DNA of 64,000 nt from Eledone cirrhosa (taxonomy: Eukaryota). Below, piece by piece: positions 25,901-42,230 of the stretch (its first letter is position 1; each line of letters starts with the position of its first letter). The position numbers and the translations under genes were made by a program. The notes under the pieces are model-generated. The model had not been told where the DNA came from and ran no database searches. It saw only the letters and a program-made list of their open reading frames with translations. The stretch covers positions 266,166,001 to 266,230,000 of the forward strand of contig OZ024740.1 in the NCBI GenBank assembly GCA_964016885.1. Reading direction: 5' to 3'.

Positions 25901-27530
25901 CAAGTATAAAGATGACTTATCCGAGGACTACAAACGCCAGGCGCAAATGAAATACCCTGAGATGGAAGGTACCAGCGACGAGGTCTTCAATCTAGCGTTG
26001 ATTGACATAGAGGATAGAGTTGTATAATCAGCGGAAATTATTTGCCCTCATGTGGTCTGCCCCAAACAATACGTACAGGGTCAAAAGTACTTCCTACAGC
26101 TCTTCTCCGAGAAACGTCCTACGACGTTGATGCTCTTACCAAGTACGTCCTTGAAACTGAACCACAACTTCTTCCGGACCAACGTCGTGCTTACACCATT
26201 GTTGCCGACCATGTGCGCCACAGAAAAGGAGGTATGTTCTTTCTGGATGCTCCTGCAGGGATGGCGAAAACATTTGTAACGAGACTCCTCCTTGCAAAAG
26301 TCAGGATGCACAAGGACATTGCGGTTGCTGTTGCCTCTTCTGGAATTGCTGCCACTTTGTTGCCCGGTGGCATGACCGCACACTCCAGTTTTAAATTGCC
26401 TCTCAATTTAACAACGTCAGAAACGCCTACTTGCAGCATCAGCCAGACCTCCCACCAGGGCCAAGTCCTAAAACGATATCAGCTCATTGTGTGGGATGAG
26501 TGCACCATGGCCCATAAGGGAGCTCTGGACGCATTAAACAGAGCTCTAAAGGACATCAGAAGCTACCAGGCTTACATGGGAGGTGTTACGCTTCTGCTTT
26601 CGGGTGACTTCAGGCAGACTCTTCCCGTCATTCCCAAAGGCACAAGAGCAGATGAGGTCCAAGCATGCCTAAAGGCCTCTCCTCTGTGGCGCCATGTCAG
26701 GACACTGATTCTTACAACCAACATGAGAGTTCAATTACACGGCGACCAAACGTCCGCAGAATTTGCACAGGACATTTTGAAATTTGGTGACGGCAAAATA
26801 CCTCTGGACGCTGCAGGAACGTTGGAAGTGGGGCCATTTTCGACCTCAGTTGATTCTGCGGGGGAGCTGAAAGACAAAGTGTTTCCAGATTTGAGAGACA
26901 ATTACCAGAACCACGGATGGTTGTGTGAAAGCAGTGCTCGCTCCAAAAAACGTTGTTGTTAACAAAACCAACGACCAACTACTGCACTCCCATCCTGGTG
27001 TTCTTCACACTTACAAATCTGTTGACACGATGCCAGATCCCAATGAAGTGGTGAACTTTCCGCCGGAGTTCCTCAATCTTTGGAGCCCCCAGGACTACCG
27101 CTTCACATGCTTCTCCTTAAAGTTGGCACCCCTGTAATGCTGCTGCGGAATTTGGAACCACCAAGACTGTGCAACGGGACACGGCTGGCTGTAAAAAAAT
27201 TGATGGCACATGTAATCGAGGCAACAATCCTTTCTGGATGCGGAAAAGGTGATGATGTCTTCATTCCGAGAATTCCTCTCATTCCCTCGGGAGCAGAAAT
27301 TCCGTTCACCTTCCGAAGACTCCAATTTCCACTTCGGGTCAGATTTGCTATGTCCATCAACAAGTTCCAGGGCCATACTCTTTCTGTGGCCGGACTTCTT
27401 CTGGAAGAACCGTGTTTCTCCCACGGACAATTGTACGTTGGGTGCTCTAGAGTGGACAGCAGGAAAGTCTTTTCGCATTTGCACGCCGAGGAAAAACAAG
27501 AAACATCGTCTACAACGAGGTGTTGTAAAT
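22958..27530 (+). pseudogene. Helitron Rep-helicase transposase (frameshifted)
   Basis: 23-aa STPR-like repeats; zinc finger CSFC..CC.NG; Rep motifs DLFIAFTCNP, VEWQKRGLPHAH, KYICKYVNKG; Pif1 motifs DAPAGMAKTF, WDECTM, GDFRQ, FAMSINK, HGQLYV. Confidence 0.95.
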
Positions 27531-28285
27531 GCAATAGCGAGGAGATAGGTCCGTAATCACCATTTCTTTAGCCAGCCTGATGAGTTTTTAAACAGTCTCT
27601 TAACTAAAACGTATGTTTCCCTCGGTTAAAGGTGATCGCCTTCAGAGAGGAACCCAGCTTGACAATCGGCGCGGCAATTTAAGGCGGCTGAACAAATCGT
27701 GAACGCATACAAAGTCATTCTAATGGCTGCCAATGAACGCAACTGAAGTACTTTTTGCGGCCGTTGGAGAACGCAGTCAAAGTCCTTTCAAGGGCTGCAA
27801 GCGAACGATCAAACGGCCCTTTTTAGGGCCGAAATTGTTGATGGTGAGCCCTCATTTTTAGGGCTGTCAGTGAACGCGCACACAACCCTATTTAAGAGGC
27901 CCTACTTAAAATTGTTTGATGGCTACAGCAATGGTAAATTCATATCGACCAGCATCTGCTAAAACAGTGTTATAAGCGCTACAATGGACATACAGGTACG
28001 TTATCGCTCTTCTTAACAAGCCCTGTTTACCTTTACTTATTTTTCCTAACAACATTTGCTTCCTTTGGTTAAAGGTGAACACACACACGCCTTCATGAAA
28101 TTGGAAATTTATTTTGCTCACAACAATTATTTTTTTTATGAACTCAGAATTGATTTCATCGTGTGTCCCAATTGAAGAGTAAATTGAATTTTGAATAACA
28201 CATTTCTATACAACATATTTTGCTCTTTTCTTCTAATATGTAAGGAACAATTTCATTCCCGGGCAACGCCGGGTGCCTATGCTAG
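22958..28285 (+). mobile_element. Canonical Helitron (HLE1); 5' terminus lies upstream and was not located
   Basis: RepHel coding fragments; 3' hairpin CCCGG-GCAACG-CCGGG (28258-28273) then CTAG|T at 28282-28286. Confidence 0.95.
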
Positions 28286-28288
28286 TTA

Positions 28289-28463
28289 TTTCTACTTTTG
28301 GCACAAAGCCAGCAATTACCCGGTGTATTTCTGGTACTTTATTTTATCGACCCCGTAAGGATGAAAGGCAAAGTTAACCTCGGCAGGATTTGAACTCAGA
28401 ATGGAAAGGGCCGTAACTCTTTGCGTCAAAGCATGGCGTCCGACTCTACCGATACTGCCAATC
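28289..28463 (-). mobile_element. Nin-domain SINE
   Basis: Matches 9885-10066. Confidence 0.85.
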
Positions 28464-29072
28464 CTAGTTAATAATATAGTTATTTATATAGACAGATTAT
28501 CTTATATACACAGATGTACCATTCGTGTTTGGGTATATTTCACGTAGGTAAATTTACATAGTGTGTATGTAATATGGGTGTAAGGTTTAAATATATGTAA
28601 TGGTGTACGTATATGCGTGGTGCACTTGATCCTGGCTAATTGCTTGTATTTATCACCAGTGAACCATGGCAGGGGTGCTTTATCTCGGCCACAACCATTC
28701 CCCTTTTGAGGATCTTGTAGTTCTGTTCTTCCTCTCCGTTTCTTTCTTCTAGACATGTAAACACGTGTATACTGTGTTTGTGATGATGGTGGTGGTAGTG
28801 GTGGTGATGGTGATAGTGGTGTTCGTTTGGTTGTGATGATGATGATGATATATATCATCTTACCATGATGATGATGATGCTATATATATATATATATATA
28901 TATTTATTTATTTATCATCTTACCCACACAAAGTCGTTTTCCCCGCTGTTTAACGAAAGGGTGCAATCTGGCCAGCTGGGTTCATATTTTAATAATACGA
29001 ACTTAGTTTTCCATTGAGTGAGCGAGGAAACGGGCGAAGCTATGTCCGTTCTATTCAACTTGGTTCGTCTCC

Positions 29073-29102
<30 letters not shown>

Positions 29103-29103
<1 letters not shown>

Positions 29104-29524
29104 GCAAAAGTTCTATTTAAAATTGTTGGGATACAACAAGTAAATATTTTTATAACTGATATAAAGCACTCGACAAGTATTTGGAGTAAAATACGATATT
29201 AATAAATGGAAACTATATTTATAAAACCATATTTATTTCATTATACATATTTCAGGGATACCAAATTAAATTATGGTATGCCTTCATCAGACAAAATACA
29301 ATATATAACAGTTTTACAAATAAGCTTTGACGTACCCTATTAAAATGCAACCATTGTTTTTGGATGTTTGCATTTTAATAGGGTACGTCAAAGCTTATTT
29401 GTAAAACTGTTATATATTGTATTTTGTCTGATGAAGGCATACCATAATTTAATTTGGTATCCCTGAAATATGTATAATGAAATAAATATGGTTTTATAAA
29501 TATAGTTTCCATTTATTAATATCG

Positions 29525-29527
<3 letters not shown>
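29103..29527. mobile_element. PLE 3'-end fold-back insertion in (TA)n, 160-bp arms, hammerhead on each strand
   Basis: 29191-29350 is the reverse complement of 29368-29527; CTGATGA at 29428 (+) and TCATCAG at 29284 (-). Confidence 0.85.
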
Positions 29528-29591
<64 letters not shown>

Positions 29592-29836
29592 GGGGTGGTG
29601 GATGTGTGTGGGGGGAGGGGGGTTAAATTATTAAGTAAATCCTCAGTGTTGTAGTTATACCAGGGTGAAAGTATTTTGTTGCCCTCATCGTTTTGTTGAT
29701 ATTTTCTGAGTTGTTGACGCTGTTGTTGCTGATGTCGACTACATATTGTCGATATAGAAAAGGGATTGCCATCTTTGAATGACTGGAGACTGTAAATATA
29801 TACATATATAAATATATATATATATATACACACACA

Positions 29837-29918
<82 letters not shown>

Positions 29919-31589
29919 CACACACACTTTTTCACCCGCTCCATGGTTGTTTCGAGAAGTAAAATACTTCAATGGATAACTCGTCCTTTTATGTACGGAT
30001 TGCTATTAAAATATTTTGAGAATGCACACAAAAATGTATCAAAATCTTGGAGAAACTCTACACCGGAGAACACAGCGTCTACCATGTCCGCCCGCACCTT
30101 GATAGCTTTAAGATGCCTATGAACCAATTCGATCACATATCAGATCTTGTATAGATCTTGTATGGGGGAATTAGGTAAATTAACTATATTTGCTATCCTC
30201 CTCCTCCTCCTCCTCCTCCTCCTCCTCATCATCATCATCATCATCATCATCGTCATCATCATCATCATCCTTTTTACGTCACTCTTCTCTTTGTTGGATG
30301 GGTCATTTAAGACAATGCTTTAAGGCCATATCCCCTTCCTGGCGCTAATTTTTTTACTCGCCTTTTAAGGCATGTGGGGGATATTGTACCACTTTTCTAA
30401 AATCCAGGATACACACGGTAAATTCGTTATCAGTATATATATATTGTTTGATATTCCAACTACGATTATCATTTGTCGCGTCAGTATATTCTTATCACAT
30501 AGATTTCTCATCGATACTCGCGTTGTTTTAACCGAGATTAGATTATTAAAACTTACCTCCTGTTATTTCTGGACGATCTGTGTTATAATAAAATGTATAC
30601 TTTTCAATAGGAAGAGAACATTTCTCGTGTTGTATCAATATCGTCATTATATGTACCTTTCTCACCACGTTGAATGTATCGTATTACCAAAACCAATGGG
30701 GAAACACTTAGAACTTTTCCCAATTAAGTGAAATAAATATATTGACCTGCAGTGCACAATATCAGCTATTTATGTTAACCTGTCCAAATATTATGAAAAG
30801 CACACAAGAATTGTAATACTATAGAGTATTAAATTGTTAAGGACGTTTTCCCCTTTGCCCTAAGCAAACTTAGTTATTGCTTGTATTAGTTTAGAAAAAG
30901 AAATGCTATAAGAGCAAGAATAAACAAACGAATTCGAGGTGCTTCCAGGTGTTTCAATCTTGTTCGCTACAGATAAAGCCGTCTCGAGTTTGAAACTGCG
31001 TTTAATCCCCTTCGGCAATTCATCAAATCCAATTTGATCCAAGAAATTTTCTCATAGTGGGAAATCTTTTAACTTCAATGAACTGTTTCTATAAATTAAC
31101 CTTGCCGAAAGCCTTACTCCAGACTATTTTTCACTCACGTTGAATAAATTGACATGAAGCCTCTATTGCATTCTAGAGAGAATAGTAAGAATATCAAATG
31201 TCTTTACATTGTTTGAAAGATGAATTAGGAAACTTGGGGGAAATATGAGAGAAATCTCACTTCTGTCAATGTTGAATTAAGAAAAATAGTGTAATATGTT
31301 GGTTATATTACAGAAAATGCTATCCAGCTCTGATATCAAATAATCACGCCCGAAATAAATTTGTTGCATGAAACATGAGCAGGGTATAATTACATAGGGA
31401 ATTGAGCAACAATAAATATGCAGACTACATTATTTGTTTAAAATTTATATCCACAAGATTGTTGAAATAGCAGTCTGTCAGTTTGTTGGTTTAGGAAGCA
31501 AGTATTTAACTACATAATTAGCATTTACCATTATATGAGTAAATGTCCTAATTGGTTATATTAAGTGTTAGCAAATGTTGCTTAGGGAT

Positions 31590-31885
31590 TAGAGTGCTCG
31601 GATCATGACCGTGAGTTTCATTTCCGGACAGAACGGCACGTTGGGTGCTTGAGCAAGACATTATATTTCACGTTGTTTCAGTCCACTCACCTGGCAAAAA
31701 TGAGCTGTACCTTTAATTTAAAGGGTCAACCTTGTTACACAATGTGTCACGCTGAATCTTTATTAGAACTACGTTAAGGGTGCACATTTCTGTTTACTGC
31801 CCAACCCCTTACACGTTAATTTCTCATGCAGGCTCCTTTTCCATTATTCAAACTGAAACACTCGTGGTCAGAATCAACGGAGGTT
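31590..31885 (+). mobile_element. CORE-like SINE, diverged
   Basis: 'gtgagtttcatttcc..gtgcttgagcaagacattatatttcacg'. Confidence 0.55.
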
Positions 31886-31975
31886 TAACATAAGTGTAAA
31901 GTCGTCCAAAACTAAGAAAGCGATTTTCTGATAGAAATACATACATATATGCAATTAATAGACAGATATGGAATG

Positions 31976-32250
31976 TTATTCAATAAAATGTAGAGAAAAA
32001 TAGTTGCATTTGGAAAGACTATAAATGCTATAAATGAGAGGAAAGGGAGGAAAAATGCAAAAGAGTATTAGGAAAGGGAAGAAATAAAGGAAGAAGAGGA
32101 GAGGGTGACAGTCTCTACACCTAGGCCAGAGCGGTGTTTCTGCTGCGCCCTGTGGACAAAATTGCAAAGGCATTTCTGCGAACAACGGCCAGCGACACCT
32201 GTTGCAACAGCCACCCCAACTCGCGAGGCCCCTTCCACAGACGGGCTATT
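31976..32250 (-). mobile_element. 3' end fragment of a CRE-clade element
   Basis: 'WLLQQVSLAVVRRNAFAILST' resembles the CRE C-terminal QRLSLAVQRGNA motif. Confidence 0.6.
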
Positions 32251-32342
32251 ATTATTCTGATTTTACAGAGGAGCTCAGCTATAAATAGATTGAATTTGAA
32301 GTAAAGCACATACATATTTTTATGAGAGGTTCTTGACTTACG

Positions 32343-32407
<65 letters not shown>

Positions 32408-32505
32408 TGTAAAATACAGACCGCGGCGCCAAACGGTGTAGTAATATTTGTAGGGTATGTAAAATAGTCTTAGTAGTGCTTTGGTTGAATTTATCAAATT
32501 ATATA

Positions 32506-32595
<90 letters not shown>

Positions 32596-32794
32596 CGAAG
32601 AAATACCAATGAAGGCTGGAAGATCACTGATGAAGGACCAATTTTATTCATATGTAACCCATGTGCAGCCACGCAGCACGCCATTTTTCATATATGTATA
32701 TATATATATGTGTGTGTGTGTATGCATATATATATATATATAAGTGTGTGTGTGTGCATACATATATATATATATATATATGAATGGAAATAAC

Positions 32795-32882
32795 TTTGCA
32801 TTTCATCCTTACAGGGTCGATAAAATAAAGTACTAGTAATACACTGGGATAATTGCTGGCCTTGTGCCAAAAGTAGAAACAA
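32795..32882 (+). mobile_element. Nin-domain SINE, 3' half
   Basis: 'tttcatccttacagggtcgataaaataaagtac..ggccttgtgccaaaagtagaaa'. Confidence 0.75.
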
Positions 32883-32884
32883 TT

Positions 32885-33361
32885 ATATTACATTAAACTA
32901 TTTAATTGATCTACGAACGGTTTCGATCGATACAACAGGAATATTCATTTATATATGCACTGTGATATTGTAAAACTTGTATGATTGGAAATTTACTGAT
33001 TGGATTAAACTCTAAACTGTCTTGTACCTATCTTACTGTGGACTATAAAATCACATTTGAACTTTGAATTATTATTTGCCTGTTTATGGTTGTATTATCA
33101 ATTCATCTAAATATATATATATATTAAAATACAAATATTAATAAAATAGATGTTCTTTTGAACAATAAAATTTTATTATACATATTTCAGAGGTACAACA
33201 GTACGTCCTCATCAGACAAAATATAATAATTATATTTTGTCGTACTCTTGTACCTCTGAAATATGTATAATAAAATTTTATTGATCAAAAGAACATCTAT
33301 TTTATTAATATTTGTATTTTAATATATATATTTAGATGAATTGATAATACAACCATAAACA
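32885..33361. mobile_element. PLE lineage 1 3'-end fold-back insertion
   Basis: Palindrome 33081-33361; hammerhead intact on the minus strand (TCATCAG at ~33209), core deleted in the plus arm. Confidence 0.8.
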
Positions 33362-33382
33362 TGAATGGCAAAGTTATTTCCA

Positions 33383-33426
<44 letters not shown>

Positions 33427-34739
33427 CACACACACACACTTATATATATATATATATATGCATACACACACACACACTTACATATATATATATATATATA
33501 TAATTTCATAAATTCAACCAAAGCACTACTAAGACTATATATCCAGTGGTGAACCAACAAACTTAAGTGAATAAATATATATATATTTATATTTCTGTAT
33601 TTTTATATCTCCAAACGTTTTTAATATATATATACAAATGTTTATATATATGTGGAAAAACATGTTTTTTTATATATATGTGGAATAACCTATGGTTTAT
33701 GCTTTAAATATATTCTTAAGATACATTTTTTCATGTTTTAATTCTAATTTTAATGTTAATGTTTGAACTTTATAGCAAGTAAATTTATGACTTCGTATAA
33801 AATAAGATATGGTTCATGTTTTAATTATATTCTTAAGATAAAATTTTTTAACTTTTTAACTTTATAACTTTAATCCTTAGAGTCATCTGAGTTCTTAAAA
33901 AATCACTTCTAACTTCCTTTACACTTCCTTACTATTCTTAAAAAATCACTTCTAACTTCCTGTTTTTATAATATAACTAAGTGGTTATTCTTTTGTAAAC
34001 TATCGTAAATTTTTCATAAATTTAGAATTATTTTGATGTTTAAATTTTGACTTATAACTTTCAATAAAATAAACTATAATAGTTTTGCTCTAATGTAAAA
34101 TAATAAATATTTATTTAAATAATTTATAATACTTAACATTTAAATTATTAAATTAAATCTTTAATATTAAGGTAAATTTTAATCTTTAATTCTGATTTCT
34201 AATTTTTAATTCTGATTTTTAATTTTTAATTTTAATTTAATTTTAATCTAATTTTTCAACCTATCATTATAAGTATTATAATCAAAACGTAAAGAATCCT
34301 GCATTATAAATATTATTCTTTCACGTTATTCTCATTTCTTCTCTCATTTAGATATACTTACGCTGTCTATATTTATCTCTTCATGCACTCTATTTTCACT
34401 ATCAATATATATAATCGTTCTTTCTTTCCTCTTCTATCTTTCTCCTTCCTTTTTCTTTCTTTTTTCTTTTTTCTTTTTTCTTTTTTCTTTTTTCTTTTTT
34501 CTTTTTTCATTTTTCTTTTTTCTTTTTTCTATTTTTTTCTCTCTCCCTCACATATCACCTTCTTCCAACAGTTTAATTTAAATAAACCGTTATCTTTTCA
34601 ACCTTTCGGACACTCATTTGCATACTCACTCATAATTTTGTATTTCCCTCAATAAATGTAATACCTCCACTATCCATGAAGCTCCAACCGTTAGGGTTGT
34701 CTTTTTTCCGGGTATGTCAATATTTATTTATAAAACAAA

Positions 34740-34812
34740 TCTGTATTTTATCTGATGAAAGCGCACCATAATTTGCCTTGGTTGCCCTTGAAATATGTAT
34801 AATAAAATAAAT
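34740..34812 (+). ncRNA. Minimal hammerhead ribozyme
   Basis: UAUUUUAU-CUGAUGA-AAGCGCACCA..UGGUUGCCCUU-GAAA-UAUGUA-UA-AUAAAAUA. Confidence 0.75.
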
Positions 34813-34849
34813 ATGGTTTTATAAATATAGTTTCCATTTATTAATATAT

Positions 34850-36189
<1,340 letters not shown>

Positions 36190-36282
36190 TATATATATAT
36201 ATTTATTCACTTAAGTTTGTTGGTTCACCACTGTCAACCTTGATGTAAACCTTTAAGGAATTACACCAGTCCAGCCTCCTGT

Positions 36283-36698
<416 letters not shown>

Positions 36699-36796
36699 TT
36701 ATATTGAATAGGGACACTCTTAGTAAAAAGGTAAATATTTCTTTATCTTATTTGCATTTCCCAAATATAATTTATATGTATATATACATATATATA

Positions 36797-39315
36797 TTAT
36801 ACTTGGGGAGGGTCATATTTGTGTAATATTGCCAGAATTAATAACAGAACACACTCACTGTTTGGTTGGTTTTCGCTTCTCGCTGTCTTTTATATCTGTA
36901 ATCTAACTTACTCGGTCCTCAATGTTGCCATTGACTGACCGACGGTCAAAAATAATACAGATATAATATAGACACAAACACATATATATAGTTTACATAA
37001 ATCTTTCTTTGCACATCTGCAACATCGTCAGTGGTGTTATATTTTCCTCCTGTTGTGTTGTATGTCTACGCCATTTTTTATTCAGTCTGTCTATATATTT
37101 ATTTATTTATTTGCTTGTCTGTTTATTTTATTTTGTCATCTTTGCGCATGCGTTTGCGTGTGTGTATAGTGTTATGTTTGCTGTGTGACTAGTGTGTATA
37201 GTGTTATGTTTGCTGGGTGACTAGTGTGTGTTTATGTGCTTGTTATTATTGTGCTTGTTTATGTATTTATTTATCTTATTTTATTTACTTATTTATACTT
37301 CTCTTAGGTCAATGGCAAAAAAGACTCCCATGGGAAGGTGGATTGGGTGGACCAAAGCTATACGGACCCCCCAAAACAATGATCAGGTAAGAAAAATGGT
37401 CGCACATGCAATAGGGGCTAGTATCAAAACTACCCTAAAGGGGCCACATATTTAAGTTCAATGAGAAAATCTACACCCAAAATGAGGGAGCAGCCATCGG
37501 CGTCAGCATAGCTGGTGATGTTGCCAACCTTTTCATGGTATGGTGGGAAAGGAGACTTAAAGATCTCCTTAATGAAAGCTCCATAGACCTCATCATGTAC
37601 TCTCGTTATGTAGACGATATCAATATAGTTATAAGAACACCCCCACTAGAGAGCACTAACAAGTTTGATTTAGAACGTAGCACGATGGAAAGCATCCAGC
37701 AGATAGCTAATTCCATACACCAGAGTATAACTGTAACTATCGACTTCCCTTCCAAACACCCTAACAATAGACTACCTGTATTAGACACAGAACTCTGGAT
37801 TAACACTATAGACTAGAGAGCCCAAATTATCCACTCACACTATGCTAAACCCATGGCCTCCAAATACCTGATACTCAAAAACTCAGCAATGTCCAGTAGT
37901 GCTAAGTTTAATATTCTGATCGCAGATTTGGTACGAGTGATGAAGAATGTGTCCAGCATGTGCGACCCAACAGAAATGGAAAGACACATCCAACACTTCA
38001 TCAACCGCATGCAGTTCTCTGACTACAACCAAAGAGACAGAGTCAGAGTATACGAAGGAGCCATGGAAAAGTATAAGACCCTCATAGAACTGGACATGAA
38101 AGGAATTTGCCCATTATACAGGAGCAAATCATGGAATAGCTTAGATAGGGCTAGACATAAGATAGGGAAAGCCACATCATGGTACGACAACCAGAGATAC
38201 CAGAGTGTCATGTTTGTGGACGCCACCCCTGGAGGGAAATTAGCTAACCAGTGTAGAAAGGCCCTGAGAAAGACCCACTTAAAAATAAAGGTGGTAGAAA
38301 AGCCAGGAACCACCATAAAATCCCTGATCAGCAAAACCTACCCTTTTAAGAAAACCCACTGTACCAATAGGAAATGTATCATATGTAAGGTGAACCCCCG
38401 GATAAACTGTAAAACTAGAAACGTAGTCTATAGCATAAGATGTACAGAGGGTACTTGCAGAAACATGACAACAACATACATAGGTGAGACAGCTCGTAGC
38501 ATAGGTGAAAGGATAGACCAACATTGAGGGGAAGTAAAAGGACGAAAAAACGGGTCAGTACTATACGAACATGCTAGACAACATGACGGTAACATAGACA
38601 ACATAGAAATTAGAATAATATCTAAACATAGAAATGACCCAGCAGATAGGCAAATCAGAGAGGCCAGTGAAATAGAAATTAGAAGACCAAAGCTAAACAG
38701 AAAGAATGAGTGGAATAACAACAACACCCAAACAAACAACACTGACCTAAGAGAAGTATAAATAAGTAAATAAAATAAGATAAATAAATACATACACAAG
38801 CACAATAACAACAAGCACATAAACACACACTAGTCACCCAGCAAACATAACACTATACACACTAGTCACACAGCAAACATAACACTATACACACACGCAA
38901 ACGCATGCGCAAAGAAGACAAAATAAAATAAACAAACAAGCAAATAAATAAATAAATAAATATACAGACAGACTGAATAAAAAATGGCGTAGACATACAA
39001 CACAACAGGAGGAAAATATAACACCACTGACGATGTTGCAGATGTGCAACGAAAGATTTATGTAAACCATATATATGTGTTTGTGTCTATATTGTATCTG
39101 TATTATTTTTGACCGTCGGTCAGTCAATGGCAACATTGAGGACCGAGTAAGTTAGATTACAGATATAAAAGACAGCGAGAAGCGAAAACCAACCAAACAG
39201 TGAGTGTGTTCTGTTATTAATTCTGGCAATATTACACAAATATGACCCTCCCCAAGTATAACAATATTTGTTTCGACACACGATTTCATATAAAAAACCT
39301 CGCTAAACTAATTCA
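36797..39315 (+). mobile_element. PLE lineage 2 with ~515-bp inverted pseudo-LTR
   Basis: 36797-37311 is the reverse complement of 38743-39260; RT and GIY-YIG coding lie between; (TA)n flanks. Confidence 0.92.
37456..38761 (+). pseudogene. PLE reverse transcriptase plus GIY-YIG endonuclease (in-frame stops at 37814 and 38525)
   Basis: QNEGAAIG..ANLFM, YSRYVDD, LPVLD, YAKPMAS, VVYSIRC..YIGETARS, RQIREA. Confidence 0.9.
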
Positions 39316-39330
39316 TATATATATATATAT

Positions 39331-41593
<2,263 letters not shown>

Positions 41594-42004
41594 TTTGAAG
41601 GCATTGCTGCAAATTATTTTATTTAAATTACATTGACCATTTGCTAAGGCATTTACAATCCTTTTTTCATCAATAAAAAATTAATTCTTCATTTCATTAT
41701 TTCTATAAAATCCAAAATATTAAAATTGAAAAGGTATTTTGTAGAATATAATCAATAGAGACATTTGCCTTTTCTGAACACCCTTACTACAAGCCTTCAG
41801 GTGTGCCCATAGAGACAAAGCTATAATTGACTACACTATAATGATCAATTTAGAGTTTAACTTAACAAGTGAAGTTATTAAAGATGCTAGAAAAACAAGC
41901 AATTAAAATAACTGAGTCAAAAATAAATAAAATTAAGTAGTAAATAAATAAAATGCCAATAAACAGTGAGTTCAAATTCAACAATAATTTGTCCATAATT
42001 AGCA

Positions 42005-42200
42005 GTTAGTCCAAAATAAAATTAAGTAGTCCAGAATTAGCATTTAGTCCAAAATAAAATTAAGTAGTCCAGAATTAGCATTTAGTCCAAAATAAAATTA
42101 TGTAGTCGAAAATCAGCATTTAGTCCAAAATAAGCAGCAAGTAGTCCAAAACAAAATGAAGTAGTCCAGAATTAACACTAGTCCTAATTATAAGTTGGTA
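42005..42200. repeat. 38-bp tandem repeat downstream of the Helitron2 ORF
   Basis: 'tagtccaaaataaaattaagtagtccagaattagcatt' about four times. Confidence 0.8.
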
Positions 42201-42230
42201 GTCCAAGATCAATAGTTCAAAATAAAAAAT

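Noticed and set aside
38525-38527. In-frame TGA as selenocysteine, as in some Naiad PLEs
   Set aside because: It aligns with Trp in the paralog (EHW) rather than Cys, the endonuclease is C-terminal, and the copy has another in-frame TAG.
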